A stretch of 64,000 bases of DNA from Candidatus Hebobacterum abditum (GTDB lineage: Bacteria; Armatimonadota; Hebobacteria; Hebobacterales; Hebobacteraceae). The position numbers and the translations under genes were made by a program. The stretch spans positions 3,859 through 67,858 of the forward strand of contig JALGXW010000010.1 of assembly GCA_029821875.1 (NCBI GenBank). The letters are read 5' to 3'. The number at the start of each line of letters is the position of its first letter. Positions within the stretch are counted from its first letter, which is position 1. The notes beneath the pieces were generated by a model. That model was not told where the DNA came from. It did no database searches and worked only from the letters and a program-made list of their open reading frames with translations. Below, one piece after another: positions 46,559-55,146 of this stretch.

Positions 46559-46980
46559 CAGCGCTGGGGCGGCGCGTCGCCCAGCGATTCATCGTCAGGG
46601 GCGTGCGCCCGAAGCCCAGTGCTCTGGCCGAGCAGATGGGCGTCGAGCTCATGCAGCAGGAGGCGCCCCCGCCCGCCCAGCCGCGACTCCGGAGCGAGTA
46701 CCGCGCGGCCCCGCCCCGGATCGTCCTCTACTGCGATCCGATAAACGAACTCGACGCGGCCATATATGCCAACCAGCGGTTTGACATGATGAGGTGCGAC
46801 CTGCTGGAAGTGCACGTCGCGCATGAGCTGTTCCATCACATCGAGTTCGGCCAGCGATTCGGCGCGTTGACTCCGGACGAGGTGGAGGCGGCCGCGCACG
46901 CCTTCGCACAGGCACTGCTCGAGTTGGACTTCGAGCCGGCTGAGCTCTCCGACCTGGCGGCACCAGAGCCTCACCTCTAG
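46543..46980 (+). CDS. ImmA/IrrE-like (COG2856/DUF955-like) HEXXH mini-metallopeptidase
   Basis: ATG 46543 is internal to track ORF 46489 and gives 145 aa. The order ...LAEQMGVEL... / PRIVLYCDPIN... / HVAHELFHHIEF mirrors the ImmA layout. It overlaps the lspA end by 16 nt. Confidence 0.5.
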   Translation: MAEDLAALGRRVAQRFIVRGVRPKPSALAEQMGVELMQQEAPPPAQPRLRSEYRAAPPRIVLYCDPINELDAAIYANQRFDMMRCDLLEVHVAHELFHHIEFGQRFGALTPDEVEAAAHAFAQALLELDFEPAELSDLAAPEPHL

Positions 46981-47023
46981 GGGGTTCCTCGCCCGGCACT
47001 CCTGGCACTGGGAGGCGGCTCCC

Positions 47024-48166
47024 CTACTCGGAGGCGGCAAGCACGACGTGCGCCCGCTCGTCGTCCACTCCGCATACCCTCCCGGCCGTGCAGCTCCGGC
47101 AGAAGTCAGGCGAGTTGCCGCTGTTCACTCGACGCCGCAGGTCTCGGTAGGCCGAGCCGTTCCAGACACTCCAGAAGCCGCTCTCAGACAGATCGCCCAC
47201 CACGATGGAGCTCGGAGCGTAGCAGCATGGATGCACCTCGCCGTTCCAGCGAACGAACATCACCTTCCAGGGATCCGTACACCGCCCGGCCGCTTCCGGC
47301 CCTGCCACACCAAAGCGCTCCGGAAGCTCCAGGTCGAGGCCCACCGCGCGAGCGCGCTCTTCCGCTGCGTCGAGCATTTGGTTGGCCAGCTGCTGATGGT
47401 AGAACAGTGACTCTCCCCGGAGTTCCTCGCCGTGCACGACCATGTACTGAACGGTGAGATTGTCGGCCCCCATGTCCGCAGCCAGGTCGACCATCGCCGG
47501 AAGCTGCTCGATGTTCCGACGCATGGCGACGAACACCACGTGGATTGAGGGGTGGGACGTTCCCGCCTCACGTTTGAGTCGCGAGATCTGTCGCACTCGA
47601 CTCGCGACATCAGACAAGGCGATGCGGGGACGGATGGAGGCATAGGTCGCCTCCTCCGGCGAGTCGACGCTGATGTGGAGATGCTGGAGGCCGGAGGCGA
47701 CGAGATGTTCGGCTCTCTCCTCTGTCAGCTGATACCCACTGGTCTGGAGCGCAACGCGAGCTCCCAGTGATGAGAGACGGTTGAGGAGTTCGTCGAAGTG
47801 CTCTGCCACCAGCGGCTCGCCGAAGCCGCCGAGCACAACCACCCCCACCCGCGGAAGCACGGGAACCAGGCGTTCGAAGACATCCCTTCTCAAGTCCCCG
47901 TAGTCCCACTTGCGGTAGCGCCGAGCGCACATCAGGCATACGATGGGACACCGTCCGGTGATCTCCAGAAACAGCGTGCGAGGAGTGCTTCGCATCACCT
48001 CCGCTGGGCGGCCGGTCTCCCAGTCGTTTAGCCGTTGTTCCCAGGCCTGGGGCGAGAGCCCGTGGAGGCGCGCGGAGGCGAGGGAGGGCAGATCCCGCAG
48101 GCCGTAGCCCTCACGAAGCCGACTGAAAGGCCAGGCCAATGCTCTTAGCAGTCTCGCTCGCGCCAT
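47024..48166 (-). CDS. Radical SAM protein with C-terminal SPASM/twitch Cys cluster
   Basis: 380 aa. ITGRCPIVCLMCARRY (CX3CX2C), GGFGEPL (GGE SAM-binding motif). C-terminal CTDPW ... HPCCY ... CRSCTAGRVC (CX2CX5C) auxiliary cluster. The start is uncertain, with a poor SD at 48166. Confidence 0.8.
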   Translation of the reverse strand: MARARLLRALAWPFSRLREGYGLRDLPSLASARLHGLSPQAWEQRLNDWETGRPAEVMRSTPRTLFLEITGRCPIVCLMCARRYRKWDYGDLRRDVFERLVPVLPRVGVVVLGGFGEPLVAEHFDELLNRLSSLGARVALQTSGYQLTEERAEHLVASGLQHLHISVDSPEEATYASIRPRIALSDVASRVRQISRLKREAGTSHPSIHVVFVAMRRNIEQLPAMVDLAADMGADNLTVQYMVVHGEELRGESLFYHQQLANQMLDAAEERARAVGLDLELPERFGVAGPEAAGRCTDPWKVMFVRWNGEVHPCCYAPSSIVVGDLSESGFWSVWNGSAYRDLRRRVNSGNSPDFCRSCTAGRVCGVDDERAHVVLAASE

Positions 48167-48638
48167 CGGACCCGCGGGAACACCTCCGGCACTTCATTTC
48201 CGTCAAGTGTGCGCGTCCCCCTTGCCAGCCCCGCGCCCGCGATCCCAACACAAGGCGGGCCGCGGGTCGTAGGCTGGCATTGAGTCCCCACCGTGACGAA
48301 AACCCACCACAGTGGGGGATATATACACAAAAGCTCACAAACGGCCCTTGCCTCTTGCCCGGCGACGTGTAGGATAGTCTCGGCTGCGCCGTCAGCAGCT
48401 CAATCAGCGTGAAGCCGAGCCGACCGTCCGCGAGGGCGGTCGGTCGGCTTTGACGGCCATCCAGGGCGCCGAGACTCCAGATTCAGCGGCCTCCGCGCCA
48501 GTGCGGCGACGGAGCCACTGGGACTGCGCAGACCGCCGCCATCGTCGCGTGCCCGACTCATGCTGACTCGCCATCTCCTCCCGGCAGTGGAGGTAATCAG
48601 CTACAGGACGGCACGTGCATCGGGAGACAACTCGCCCT

Positions 48639-49952
48639 CTAGGCCTCGCTCCCGCCGCCGGAGTCTGGCGAGCCGGGGGCGATCCAGCGCTTCTGCGCCA
48701 TCGCCACCGCCAACAGCAGACCACTCATGACGACGAACGGCCAGCGGTATCCGAAGGCCGCAGCCGCCACCCCGCCCAGCGCCGGCCCCATTGCCCAGCC
48801 GAGAGCGCTCGCTGTCGTTGTGAACCCATACGCCTGCCCGATGTTGGCCCGAGGGACCACATTGGACACGATCGCATTCATCGACGGTACCATGCCCCCG
48901 GCTGCGAGCCCAAAGAGAATCCGCAGAACCACAAGCTGGCCTATACTCTGCGCGAAGAAGTGCGGCGCCGACAGGACGGCTGTGAGCGCGGTGCACACGA
49001 CCAGCATTCTCTTGTGTCCTACTCGGTCGCTCAGCCGCCCCACCAACACCGCCGATATCGCGGCGGCTATCCCCGTCACGGCGAGCAGAATGCCGGTCTC
49101 CGCGGCCGCCTGCTGTGGTGTCCCAACGATCTCCTCAACGAAGAGCGGGAAGATCGGCATCACGAAAGACACGCTGAGATTCATGACGAAGTAACCGCCC
49201 AGGAGTCCGAGAATCACCGGCATTCGCAGGAGCACGCGCAGAGGGGCCGATTCGCGCGCGACCTCCCGGTCCGGCGGCACGAACCGCTCTCTCGCGCCGA
49301 GCAGCACTAGCATGCCACCCGTGAACAGCAACGCCCCCGTCACTCCGAACGGGACGCGGTATCCATACCGATCTGCCACAATGCCGCCCAGGTACGGCCC
49401 CACGGCCGCACCCGTGAACACGGCCATCTGCATGAGACCCAAGCTGGCGCCGACTCGATTTCTTGGGACGACGCTGGACACCATCGCCACCGACGCGGGC
49501 ACGGTGCCCGTGATCATGCCTTGCAGAGTTCGCAGGACAAGCAGATGGTAGACGTTCTGGGCGAGACCCATCAGCGCGAGCATGACGCTCCCCCCGAACA
49601 TGGCGCGTATCACCATTGGCCTTCGCCCGTACCGGTCGGCGACATACCCCCAGACGGGCCCCATGATGCTCATCGCCAGCCCGGCAGCGGTTCCTGTGAC
49701 GCCGGCCCATACCGGCACCATTCGCTCGGCAACGTTCAGATCCCGAACGAAGAACGGGATGAACGGCATGGCAAATGAGAAGCCCATGATGGAGCACAGC
49801 TGCGCTACCCACATCACCGGCAGCGTCACTCGCCACCGGGGATCGCCGAACTCCTCTGGGTCGCGCGCGGCAGTCGTCATCTGCTCTCGATCTTGCTGTG
49901 TGATCGCGTCTCGGTCCATCACACCAGCAGAGGCCCCACCCCAACCATGCAT
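48639..49952 (-). CDS. Major facilitator superfamily transporter
   Basis: 437 aa with 12 TM helices. MFS motif A (GYVADRYGRRPM; GIVADRYGYR in the second half). Confidence 0.8.
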   Translation of the reverse strand: MHGWGGASAGVMDRDAITQQDREQMTTAARDPEEFGDPRWRVTLPVMWVAQLCSIMGFSFAMPFIPFFVRDLNVAERMVPVWAGVTGTAAGLAMSIMGPVWGYVADRYGRRPMVIRAMFGGSVMLALMGLAQNVYHLLVLRTLQGMITGTVPASVAMVSSVVPRNRVGASLGLMQMAVFTGAAVGPYLGGIVADRYGYRVPFGVTGALLFTGGMLVLLGARERFVPPDREVARESAPLRVLLRMPVILGLLGGYFVMNLSVSFVMPIFPLFVEEIVGTPQQAAAETGILLAVTGIAAAISAVLVGRLSDRVGHKRMLVVCTALTAVLSAPHFFAQSIGQLVVLRILFGLAAGGMVPSMNAIVSNVVPRANIGQAYGFTTTASALGWAMGPALGGVAAAAFGYRWPFVVMSGLLLAVAMAQKRWIAPGSPDSGGGSEA

Positions 49953-50193
49953 ATTCGGCGTGGTGACCGAGATTCCATCCTAGACGTCAATCGCTATGTT
50001 GTCAGGCCGTGAGCCCAAGCCTAGGTCTCATCGGACCTTCGACCACCTTGGACAGACAAGGCTGCCTCGACCCGTCGTCGCTGCATACCTGTGGTCGGCC
50101 CGACACAGACATCCTTTCGGCGCCAGAGGTCAGCAGACAATCAGACAGAAAGGGCTCAGCGCAGTGATGGTGCCGCTCTGTGGAGGACTAGGC

Positions 50194-50757
50194 ATGAACA
50201 CACTCGATGCCATCGCGTCGCGCAGGAGCATACGGCGATTCAAAGACCAGCCAGTCCCCCGTGAGCTGGTAGAGCCCCTGCTCACTGCTGCTATCCAGGC
50301 GCCGTCGGGAAAGAACCGTCAGCCGTGGCACTTCATCGTGGTCGGGGGCGAGAAGCGAAGCGAAATGCTCGCCGTCATGCGCACGAGGCTTGCCGAGCTC
50401 AAAGAGCAGCGGGTTGACCTCGGCAGCGCTGAATGGTCGGCCGAATGCATGGAGCAGGCGCCCGTGACGGTCTTCGTCTTCCGGCCCAATGGGCCCGAGG
50501 AGTCCGGCGGCCCTATGGACGTCGTCGATGTCCAGTCCATCGGCGCGGCGATCCAGAACCTGCTGCTGGCGGCGACGGACCTCGGGCTCGGCACGCTCTG
50601 GATCTGCGATGTGTTCTACGCCTACGACGAGCTTCGCTCGTGGCTCGGCCGCGACGACCAGATGATCGCGGCGGTGGCCATCGGCTACGCGGACGAGTCT
50701 CCGGATGCGCGGCCGCGGCGGCCGCTGGAAGACGTGACCACCTGGCTGGAGCGCTGA
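50194..50757 (+). CDS. Nitroreductase-family flavoprotein
   Basis: ATG 50194 gives MNTLDAIASRRSIRRFKDQPV ... PSGKNRQPWHFIVV, the classic nitroreductase N-terminus. The upstream part of the track ORF is rejected. Confidence 0.8.
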   Translation: MNTLDAIASRRSIRRFKDQPVPRELVEPLLTAAIQAPSGKNRQPWHFIVVGGEKRSEMLAVMRTRLAELKEQRVDLGSAEWSAECMEQAPVTVFVFRPNGPEESGGPMDVVDVQSIGAAIQNLLLAATDLGLGTLWICDVFYAYDELRSWLGRDDQMIAAVAIGYADESPDARPRRPLEDVTTWLER

Positions 50758-50794
50758 CCAGCGAGATCACAGAAATCGAGGAGGAGTGTCCGAT

Positions 50795-51313
50795 ATGAGT
50801 CTCGTCACGAGGATTGCGCCGGAGTTCGAACTCGAAGGCATCGCGGATGGTGACTTCGCAACCGTCAAGCTGGCGGATTACAGAGGCAAGTGGCTGGTCC
50901 TGTTCTTCTATCCCCTCGACTTCACTTTTGTCTGCCCCACGGAGATTCGGGAGTTCAGCAAGCGCCTCCCTGAGTTCCAGGAGGCCGGCGCAGAGGTCGT
51001 CACACTGAGCGTTGACAGCAAGTACTCCCATCTCGCCTGGCAGAAGGAGATCGGAGACATCGCCTACCCGATGCTGAGCGACATCACAAAGGAAGTCAGC
51101 AGCAAGTACGGTGTGTTGCTCGAGAATGAGGGTGTCGCCCTCCGAGGCCTCTTCATCATCGACCCGGAGGGCATTGTCCGGTACGAGCTCATCCACGACC
51201 TGAGCGTAGGCCGAAACGTGAGCGAGACGCTCCGCGTGCTAAAGGCGCTCCAGACGGGCGAGCTGTGCCCAGTGGACTGGGAGCCCGGCGAGACGACGCT
51301 GGGCCCCGAGTAG
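50795..51313 (+). CDS. Peroxiredoxin (AhpC/TSA family, 2-Cys type)
   Basis: ATG 50795 follows a GAGGAGGAG SD. FTFVCPTEI peroxidatic Cys and C-terminal GELCPVDW resolving Cys. Confidence 0.85.
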   Translation: MSLVTRIAPEFELEGIADGDFATVKLADYRGKWLVLFFYPLDFTFVCPTEIREFSKRLPEFQEAGAEVVTLSVDSKYSHLAWQKEIGDIAYPMLSDITKEVSSKYGVLLENEGVALRGLFIIDPEGIVRYELIHDLSVGRNVSETLRVLKALQTGELCPVDWEPGETTLGPE

Positions 51314-51479
51314 AGGCCTCCGTATCCCGGCGCACAGCGTGGCCAAGAAGTCCGCCCCCCTCCTCTCGGCGGCGAAGCAGCGCTCGCGGCCGACGTACAC
51401 TCCCGGAGCAGACGTGCCGCTCAAGGAGAGAGGTCCGAAGGTCGGCTGCAGGTAATACTCTCCAGCAGCGTAGAGACGC

Positions 51480-52514
51480 ATGGCTAACAGGCAGGGAAAC
51501 GTGAAGCTGGTTATCGGTGTGGATGGCGGCAACACGAAGACTCTGGCCGCCGCGTGCGATCTAAATGGCGAGGTGCGAGGAGTCGGCCGCGGCGGATGCA
51601 GCAATTGGGAGGGGTCAGGAGCTGACGGCGCGGCCCAGGTCATCACCGAGGCCGCGCAGGAGGCCCTGGAGATGTCCGGCGCGAGCATGGGTGACGTAGT
51701 CGGGGCGCACATGGGCCTGGCAGGCGTTGACTGGCCCGACGATCCGGACCGAATGCGCGGACCGCTGGAAAAGGCCGGGTGGGGATGCCCACTCGCGCTG
51801 GAGAACGATGCCTTTCTGCCGCTGCGGGCCTCGGCGCCGGAGGGACATGGGATCGCGGCCTCTGCAGGAACCGGCATCTGCTGTGGGATCATCCACCCAG
51901 ACGGCGATCAGTTCTTCTACGGCGCGTTCACGGACCTGGGCGGGGGCATTGACATTAACCCAAAGACGATCCAGGCCGTGCTCCGTGAAGAGGACGGGCG
52001 AGGCGAGCCCACGGCTCTGACTCCGGCCTTGCTTGAGGCCACTGGGCACAGCAGCGTGACGGAGCTCGCCTACGACATCCATCGTCGTGGCAATTGGGTA
52101 CCCAAGACGGTCACCGACCCAGTGCTGTTCACCTGCGCGGCCGAGGGAGACCCCGTGGCGGTCGGAATCGTGACAGACTTCGGCCGTGAGCTGGCCCTGT
52201 GCGTGGCCAATCTGATTCGGCGCTACGAGCTGGCACAGGAGGCGCCCGCAGTCGTCGCCGGGGGATCGCTGTTCATGAGGACCGGGCCGCTCCTCTTCCG
52301 CGTCTTTCGTGAAGACGTGGTGAAGATCGCGCCGCGCGCGCGTCTCATGGTGGCCGATCATCCCGGCGTCATGGGAGCCGTTCGCGCGGCACTTGCCGCG
52401 GCCGGCCAAGGCGGCTCCGACGTATGGGAGCGAGCGCGGCACACAGCGACCCAGGGCGAGTGGTTCGGCCAGAACGTCGGCGAAGACTCGGAAGAGGTCA
52501 CAGATGAGCAGTAG
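51480..52514 (+). CDS. BadF/BadG/BcrA/BcrD-type ATPase (N-acetylglucosamine-kinase-like sugar kinase)
   Basis: 344 aa. LVIGVDGGNTKT N-terminal phosphate loop and ASKHA-fold pattern. Confidence 0.7.
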   Translation: MANRQGNVKLVIGVDGGNTKTLAAACDLNGEVRGVGRGGCSNWEGSGADGAAQVITEAAQEALEMSGASMGDVVGAHMGLAGVDWPDDPDRMRGPLEKAGWGCPLALENDAFLPLRASAPEGHGIAASAGTGICCGIIHPDGDQFFYGAFTDLGGGIDINPKTIQAVLREEDGRGEPTALTPALLEATGHSSVTELAYDIHRRGNWVPKTVTDPVLFTCAAEGDPVAVGIVTDFGRELALCVANLIRRYELAQEAPAVVAGGSLFMRTGPLLFRVFREDVVKIAPRARLMVADHPGVMGAVRAALAAAGQGGSDVWERARHTATQGEWFGQNVGEDSEEVTDEQ

Positions 52515-53781
52515 CACGGACACAAAGGTCGTCGTGATAGGAGGCGGCAGCAGCTACACGCCCGAGATAGTCGAGGGGCTGATCGGACGCGCCGAGGAGC
52601 TCTCGCTCCGCGAGGTATGGCTTGTCGACATACGCGAGGGGCAGGAGAAGCTCGGAATCGTCGGCGAGCTGGCGAGGCGCATGGTGGCACAGGAAGGCCG
52701 CCCGTTCAGCGTCAACCTGACCACCGACCGCCGGGAGGCGCTCCCGGGAGCCGACTACATCGTCACACAGATGCGGGTCGGCGGCATGCAAGCCCGGATC
52801 AAGGACGAGCGGATACCGCTACAACACGGCGTCATCGGCCAGGAGACGACCGGACCGGGGGGGTTCGCCAAGGCCCTACGCACGATACCGGTGATGCTCG
52901 ACATCTGCCGCGATACGGAGGAGCTTGCCCCTGGCGCGTGGCTCGTGAACTTCACCAACCCGAGCGGCATCGTCACGGAGGCCGTGACTCGCCACACCGA
53001 GACACAGATCATCGGTCTCTGCAACAACGCGATCAACATCGAGCGCTGGCTCGCGCGCGAGTTCGAGGCGACCCCCGATGATGTCTACGTCGAGTTCGTC
53101 GGCTGCAATCATCTCCTGTGGGTGAACCGCGTCTGGGTCCGCGGAGAAGAGGTGACGGATCAGCTGCTCGAGAGGGTGGCCGGCGGAGATGAGTGGCCGC
53201 GGGAGCTGATCGAATCGCTCCGAGCAGTTCCGTGCGGCTACCACCACTACTACTACATGCCGGACGAGATGCTCGCCAAAGCGCAGAAGGCCGATAAGAC
53301 GCGCGGCGAGGAAATCATCGCGATCGAGAAGGAGCTGTTCGAGCTCTATCGAGACCCTCAGCTGAGCCAAAAGCCTGAAGCGCTGTCAAAGCGTGGCGGC
53401 TCTCTCTACTCGGAGGCCGCAGTCCGGCTGATCGCCTCCATCCAGACTGACCGACGCGACGTACAGTGCGTGAACACAACGAACCGTGGCGCTCTGTCCA
53501 ATGTGCCGGCCGACTCCGTGGTCGAGGTCAACTGCTTGATCGGCGCCGACGGGCCGAGACCAATCACAGTCGGCCCCCTCCGGCCGGAGCTTCGCGGCCT
53601 GCTCCAGCAGCTGAAGGCCTACGAGGAGCTGACCATCCAGGCGGCCGTCACCGGCGACCAGGGCGCAGCCCTGCAGGCACTTCTGGCGAATCCGCTCGTG
53701 CCGTCGGTGGGCGTGGCGGAGGGCGTGCTGCACGACCTCCTGGAGGCCCATGCCGAGTTCCTGCCGCAGTTCGGCCGGTGA
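52504..53781 (+). CDS. Glycoside hydrolase family 4 (6-phospho-beta-glucosidase-like, NAD+/Mn2+-dependent)
   Basis: ATG 52504 gives MSSSTDTKVVVIGGGSSYTPEIVEGLI, the GH4 N-terminus (compare CelF). It overlaps the kinase gene by 11 nt. Confidence 0.8.
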   Translation: MSSSTDTKVVVIGGGSSYTPEIVEGLIGRAEELSLREVWLVDIREGQEKLGIVGELARRMVAQEGRPFSVNLTTDRREALPGADYIVTQMRVGGMQARIKDERIPLQHGVIGQETTGPGGFAKALRTIPVMLDICRDTEELAPGAWLVNFTNPSGIVTEAVTRHTETQIIGLCNNAINIERWLAREFEATPDDVYVEFVGCNHLLWVNRVWVRGEEVTDQLLERVAGGDEWPRELIESLRAVPCGYHHYYYMPDEMLAKAQKADKTRGEEIIAIEKELFELYRDPQLSQKPEALSKRGGSLYSEAAVRLIASIQTDRRDVQCVNTTNRGALSNVPADSVVEVNCLIGADGPRPITVGPLRPELRGLLQQLKAYEELTIQAAVTGDQGAALQALLANPLVPSVGVAEGVLHDLLEAHAEFLPQFGR

Positions 53782-53817
53782 TCCGGTCGCCTTGGCAGAG
53801 CGGCCCGAGGAGCCAAC

Positions 53818-55065
53818 ATGCAGGTACTCCTGGATGTGCCCGTCTTGCCCGCAGCAGCCGTATTGCTCGCACTGCTCGCCCAACCCGCGGCTGCAGGCCG
53901 GCCTGAGTGGATGCCGGAGGCTCCTCCCCTACCCGTCACGGGTCGCGTCGTCGAGGTGGCCACCGTCGAGGAGCTCGACCACGCGGTCCGGCAAGCGCAC
54001 GACGGCGACACGATCATGGTCGCTGATGGGACATACCAGCTCGACCACCTCCTGCACCTAAGGGGCCGGAAGAATGTGACCATCCGTGGCGCTTCCGGAG
54101 GTCCTTCGAAGGCCGTCATCACGGGAGCCGGTTGGGACGCCCGCGAGGGCCGCTTCGACCTGCTTGTGCTTCATGGGTGCTCCGACATAACAGTCGCACA
54201 CCTCACCTTCACCGAGACGCAGAGCTACGGCATCAAGCTGGAGAACACTCCGCTGAATGGCAGGGGACTCGAGAACATCCAGATCTACGACTGCGAGTTC
54301 TACAACATCGGGACGCGCATGGTGAAGGGTACCGGAGGCGAGCACGAGCCGGTCGTGGGCGGGTCGATACGATACTGCCACTTCGAGAACACCAAGGTTC
54401 CGCCGAAGAGCTGGCTTTTCGACGGCGACTATATCAGCGCCATCGACTGCATGCGCCTCGTCGACTGGACCATCAGCGATAACTCCTTCAGGAACATCCG
54501 GGGGGCCAATGGGGGCGGCAGAGGCGCAGTCTTCGTGTGGGTCGATTCGAAGAACGTCGTGACCGAGCGCAACGTCTTTGTCGGCTGTGACCGTTCGATC
54601 GCCTACGGCAACCCGTCGGGGTCGAACCAGGACCCACAGTCCTATCACAACACCGGCGGCATCATCCGCAACAACTTCGTTGTCGCAGGTGCCGATAAGG
54701 GCATCGAGATCTGCTGGGCGAACGGCGTGAAGGTCTACCACAACGCTGTGCTCGCGGACGTGGGGAAGGGCTGGGGCATTCACTACCACTGGAATGAACT
54801 CCGCGACGTGCATGTCGCCAACAACCTCGTGCGCGGCCGGCTGCTGGGCGACGCTGCAGGCGTCATGGTCGAAGGCAACCTCACACGCGGCATCGAGAAT
54901 GGCTGGTTCCGACAGCCCCAGGAGGGCGATCTCCACCTCACCGCGGCCGCGAAAGCCGCGATGAACGTCAGAAGCCGTCTGCCCGAATGCTCGGAGGATT
55001 TCGACGGCGAAGCGCGCTCAGCGAACGCAGACGTGGGCGCGGACGAGTACGTGCCGCCCAAGTAG
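53818..55065 (+). CDS. Secreted right-handed parallel beta-helix protein (pectate-lyase-fold; polysaccharide lyase/hydrolase-like)
   Basis: 415 aa. Signal peptide (VLPAAAVLLALLAQPAAAG). Repeated N/H-x-x-V/I turns (ITVAHLTF, IQIYDCEF, IRYCHFEN, YHNAVL, HVANNLV) are typical of beta-helix repeats. Confidence 0.6.
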   Translation: MQVLLDVPVLPAAAVLLALLAQPAAAGRPEWMPEAPPLPVTGRVVEVATVEELDHAVRQAHDGDTIMVADGTYQLDHLLHLRGRKNVTIRGASGGPSKAVITGAGWDAREGRFDLLVLHGCSDITVAHLTFTETQSYGIKLENTPLNGRGLENIQIYDCEFYNIGTRMVKGTGGEHEPVVGGSIRYCHFENTKVPPKSWLFDGDYISAIDCMRLVDWTISDNSFRNIRGANGGGRGAVFVWVDSKNVVTERNVFVGCDRSIAYGNPSGSNQDPQSYHNTGGIIRNNFVVAGADKGIEICWANGVKVYHNAVLADVGKGWGIHYHWNELRDVHVANNLVRGRLLGDAAGVMVEGNLTRGIENGWFRQPQEGDLHLTAAAKAAMNVRSRLPECSEDFDGEARSANADVGADEYVPPK

Positions 55066-55146
55066 ACCCGCGAGCGACCCAGCCAGGACGTGAAGAAGCG
55101 CCCCTGCAAGCCGCAGGGGCGCTTTCCTTGCCTCGGGCGAACGACC

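Noticed and set aside
48111-48338. 75-aa Cys-containing minus-strand ORF (MSFCVYIPHCGG...) as candidate precursor peptide for the radical SAM enzyme
   Set aside because: It overlaps the annotated rSAM start codon in another frame, has no SD, and its composition is that of a random GC-rich ORF. Kept only as a note in the rSAM finding.
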